Assembly (NCBI RefSeq): GCF_036321535.1
Contig: NC_087456.1
Coordinates: 28,272,001 to 28,336,000, forward strand
DNA: 64,000 nt
Direction: 5' to 3'
DNA from: Camelus dromedarius
Lineage: Eukaryota
Below are positions 62,795 to 64,000 of this stretch, in pieces. The notes under the pieces are model-generated. The model worked only from the letters and a program-made list of their open reading frames with translations. It had not been told where the DNA came from and made no database searches. Made by a program: the position numbers and the translations under genes. The first letter of the stretch is position 1, and each line of letters opens with the position of its first letter.

Positions 62795-63729
62795 CAATTC
62801 TTATTTTTCAGTCACCACAGAAGTAGTGTGGTTTCCAAATACTTTTCTCTAGCCTTTTCTTTCCTAAATTCCAAAGTGGTACTCCCAACGACACACTGAG
62901 CAGCTGTATCTGGATACCCACAGGAATCTCAAAGTAAACATACTGAATCACTCTCATTATTCCTCACACCATCTACCAGCACATGCTTCTCTTCCTCTGT
63001 TGCCGTTCAATTTAAAATACTACCAGCCACTCAAACTGTCAAAACTAGAAATTCATCTCTCTCTCCTTTAATTTCCGTATCTAATCAGATACCAACTCTG
63101 TCATTTTAGGAAGACCTGCTTGTGAAATGCTTATCAAATAGTCTCATCTTTGCCGTCCACTCACCTTAGCTGAATCTCTGGTTCTTTTGCTGGATTACTG
63201 CCCTGATCTCCGGTCCACGTTTCATACTAGCTATCACCGTTATCTTCCTAAAGTATGGATCTGATCATGTCACTCTCTGTTTAAAGTCCTGTAATTTTTG
63301 TCCTCTCCGTCACAATCAGGCATTAACCTTTTTTTCAGTCTTATCTTTCTTTATTCCTCTCAAGTACCTGAGATCACTTAGCTTGTTGTCTTGTCTGAAC
63401 AGGCTATGTATTTTCACACAGAACTGTGTTTCCACTCAGGAGATGAAGTTTACAGGGACCACTATTCCCAAGGCATGAAACTTAAAATATTTCAAGGAAA
63501 TAAAGAAATGTCAAACCACAGTTAAAAAACTCTCTCATTTTCCAAAGTGACATAAAATTCTTGAAAATATAGTCAAATTTGTATCTAGAAGCAAATTTAC
63601 CACTAAATATACTCCACATTCTGTATAACCAAAACGGAATATGAATTCCACAAGAATAAAGCAGATGCATAATCAGCATGAGTTTCAGAAATCATTTCAT
63701 TTCTGTAATATGCATTAGTTAAAACCAAC

Positions 63730-63845
63730 CTGCCAGTGCTGAGTGACAGCATTCCACACTCCCACTTTCCCTGTGTGACTCGTGGCCACCAGCTGGTTAC
63801 CAATGAAGAAGAGAGCATCTACGGGAACACCGAGGCTGAACACGC
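63730..63845 (-). CDS. KCTD3: KCTD3 coding exon, 116 bp (most 5' KCTD3 exon in the window)
   Basis: ctttaag|GCGTG...GGCAG|gttggt. Translates [38 protein letters not shown]. Confidence 0.97.
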
Positions 63846-64000
63846 CTTAAAGGACAATGAAAAACAGAGATTCATCAGTCACCATCTCTAGAAGTAATCA
63901 AAACCCAGATTAAAAACAGCTTAAAGGTGTTTCACTTCTACAAATTATGTGGCAGACACTTTGGGAACTTTGGGAACCAGAAGCAAGAAGCTTGTAAGCT

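Noticed and set aside
1-64000. CRISPR arrays, operons, rRNA, phage or defence systems, or another wholly new gene system
   Set aside because: The window is spliced mammalian gene structure plus interspersed repeats. I saw no regularly spaced repeat-spacer array, long intact ORF or rRNA-like sequence.

Overview
Eutherian mammal genomic DNA, probably a camelid (inferred from the tRNA-Ala-derived SINE type), with one 170-nt N gap (32-201). Two genes converge tail-to-tail. On the + strand is the 3' end of USH2A (usherin): eight constitutive coding exons (human-equivalent 65-72) encoding FN3 repeats, the transmembrane helix and a cytoplasmic tail ending DTQL*, plus an intact 72-nt alternative exon (28788-28859). 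On the - strand are the last nine coding exons of KCTD3 (63845 down to the stop at 42159). All exon junctions were checked by hand: every intron is GT-AG and the reading frames are continuous. The rest is intronic or intergenic sequence with L1, L2, MIR, MER5A, MER45, MER63, Tigger, MaLR/ERV LTRs and lineage-specific SINEs. I found no prokaryote-type system, CRISPR array or convincing novel protein gene. The most interesting signals are: (i) the inner-ear-type USH2A cassette exon with weak splice sites, a tight downstream RBFOX (U)GCAUG cluster and neighbouring cryptic acceptors; (ii) sharply bounded CpG/GC-rich tracts over exon 68 and intron 69 that suggest GC-biased gene conversion; (iii) a frameshifting acceptor forced by the coding sequence of exon 69; (iv) a solo ERV1 LTR followed by a CpG-rich stretch and strong splice donors between the two genes. 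Gene identities, exon numbers, repeat family names and human comparisons come from my recall of known sequences, not from a database search.
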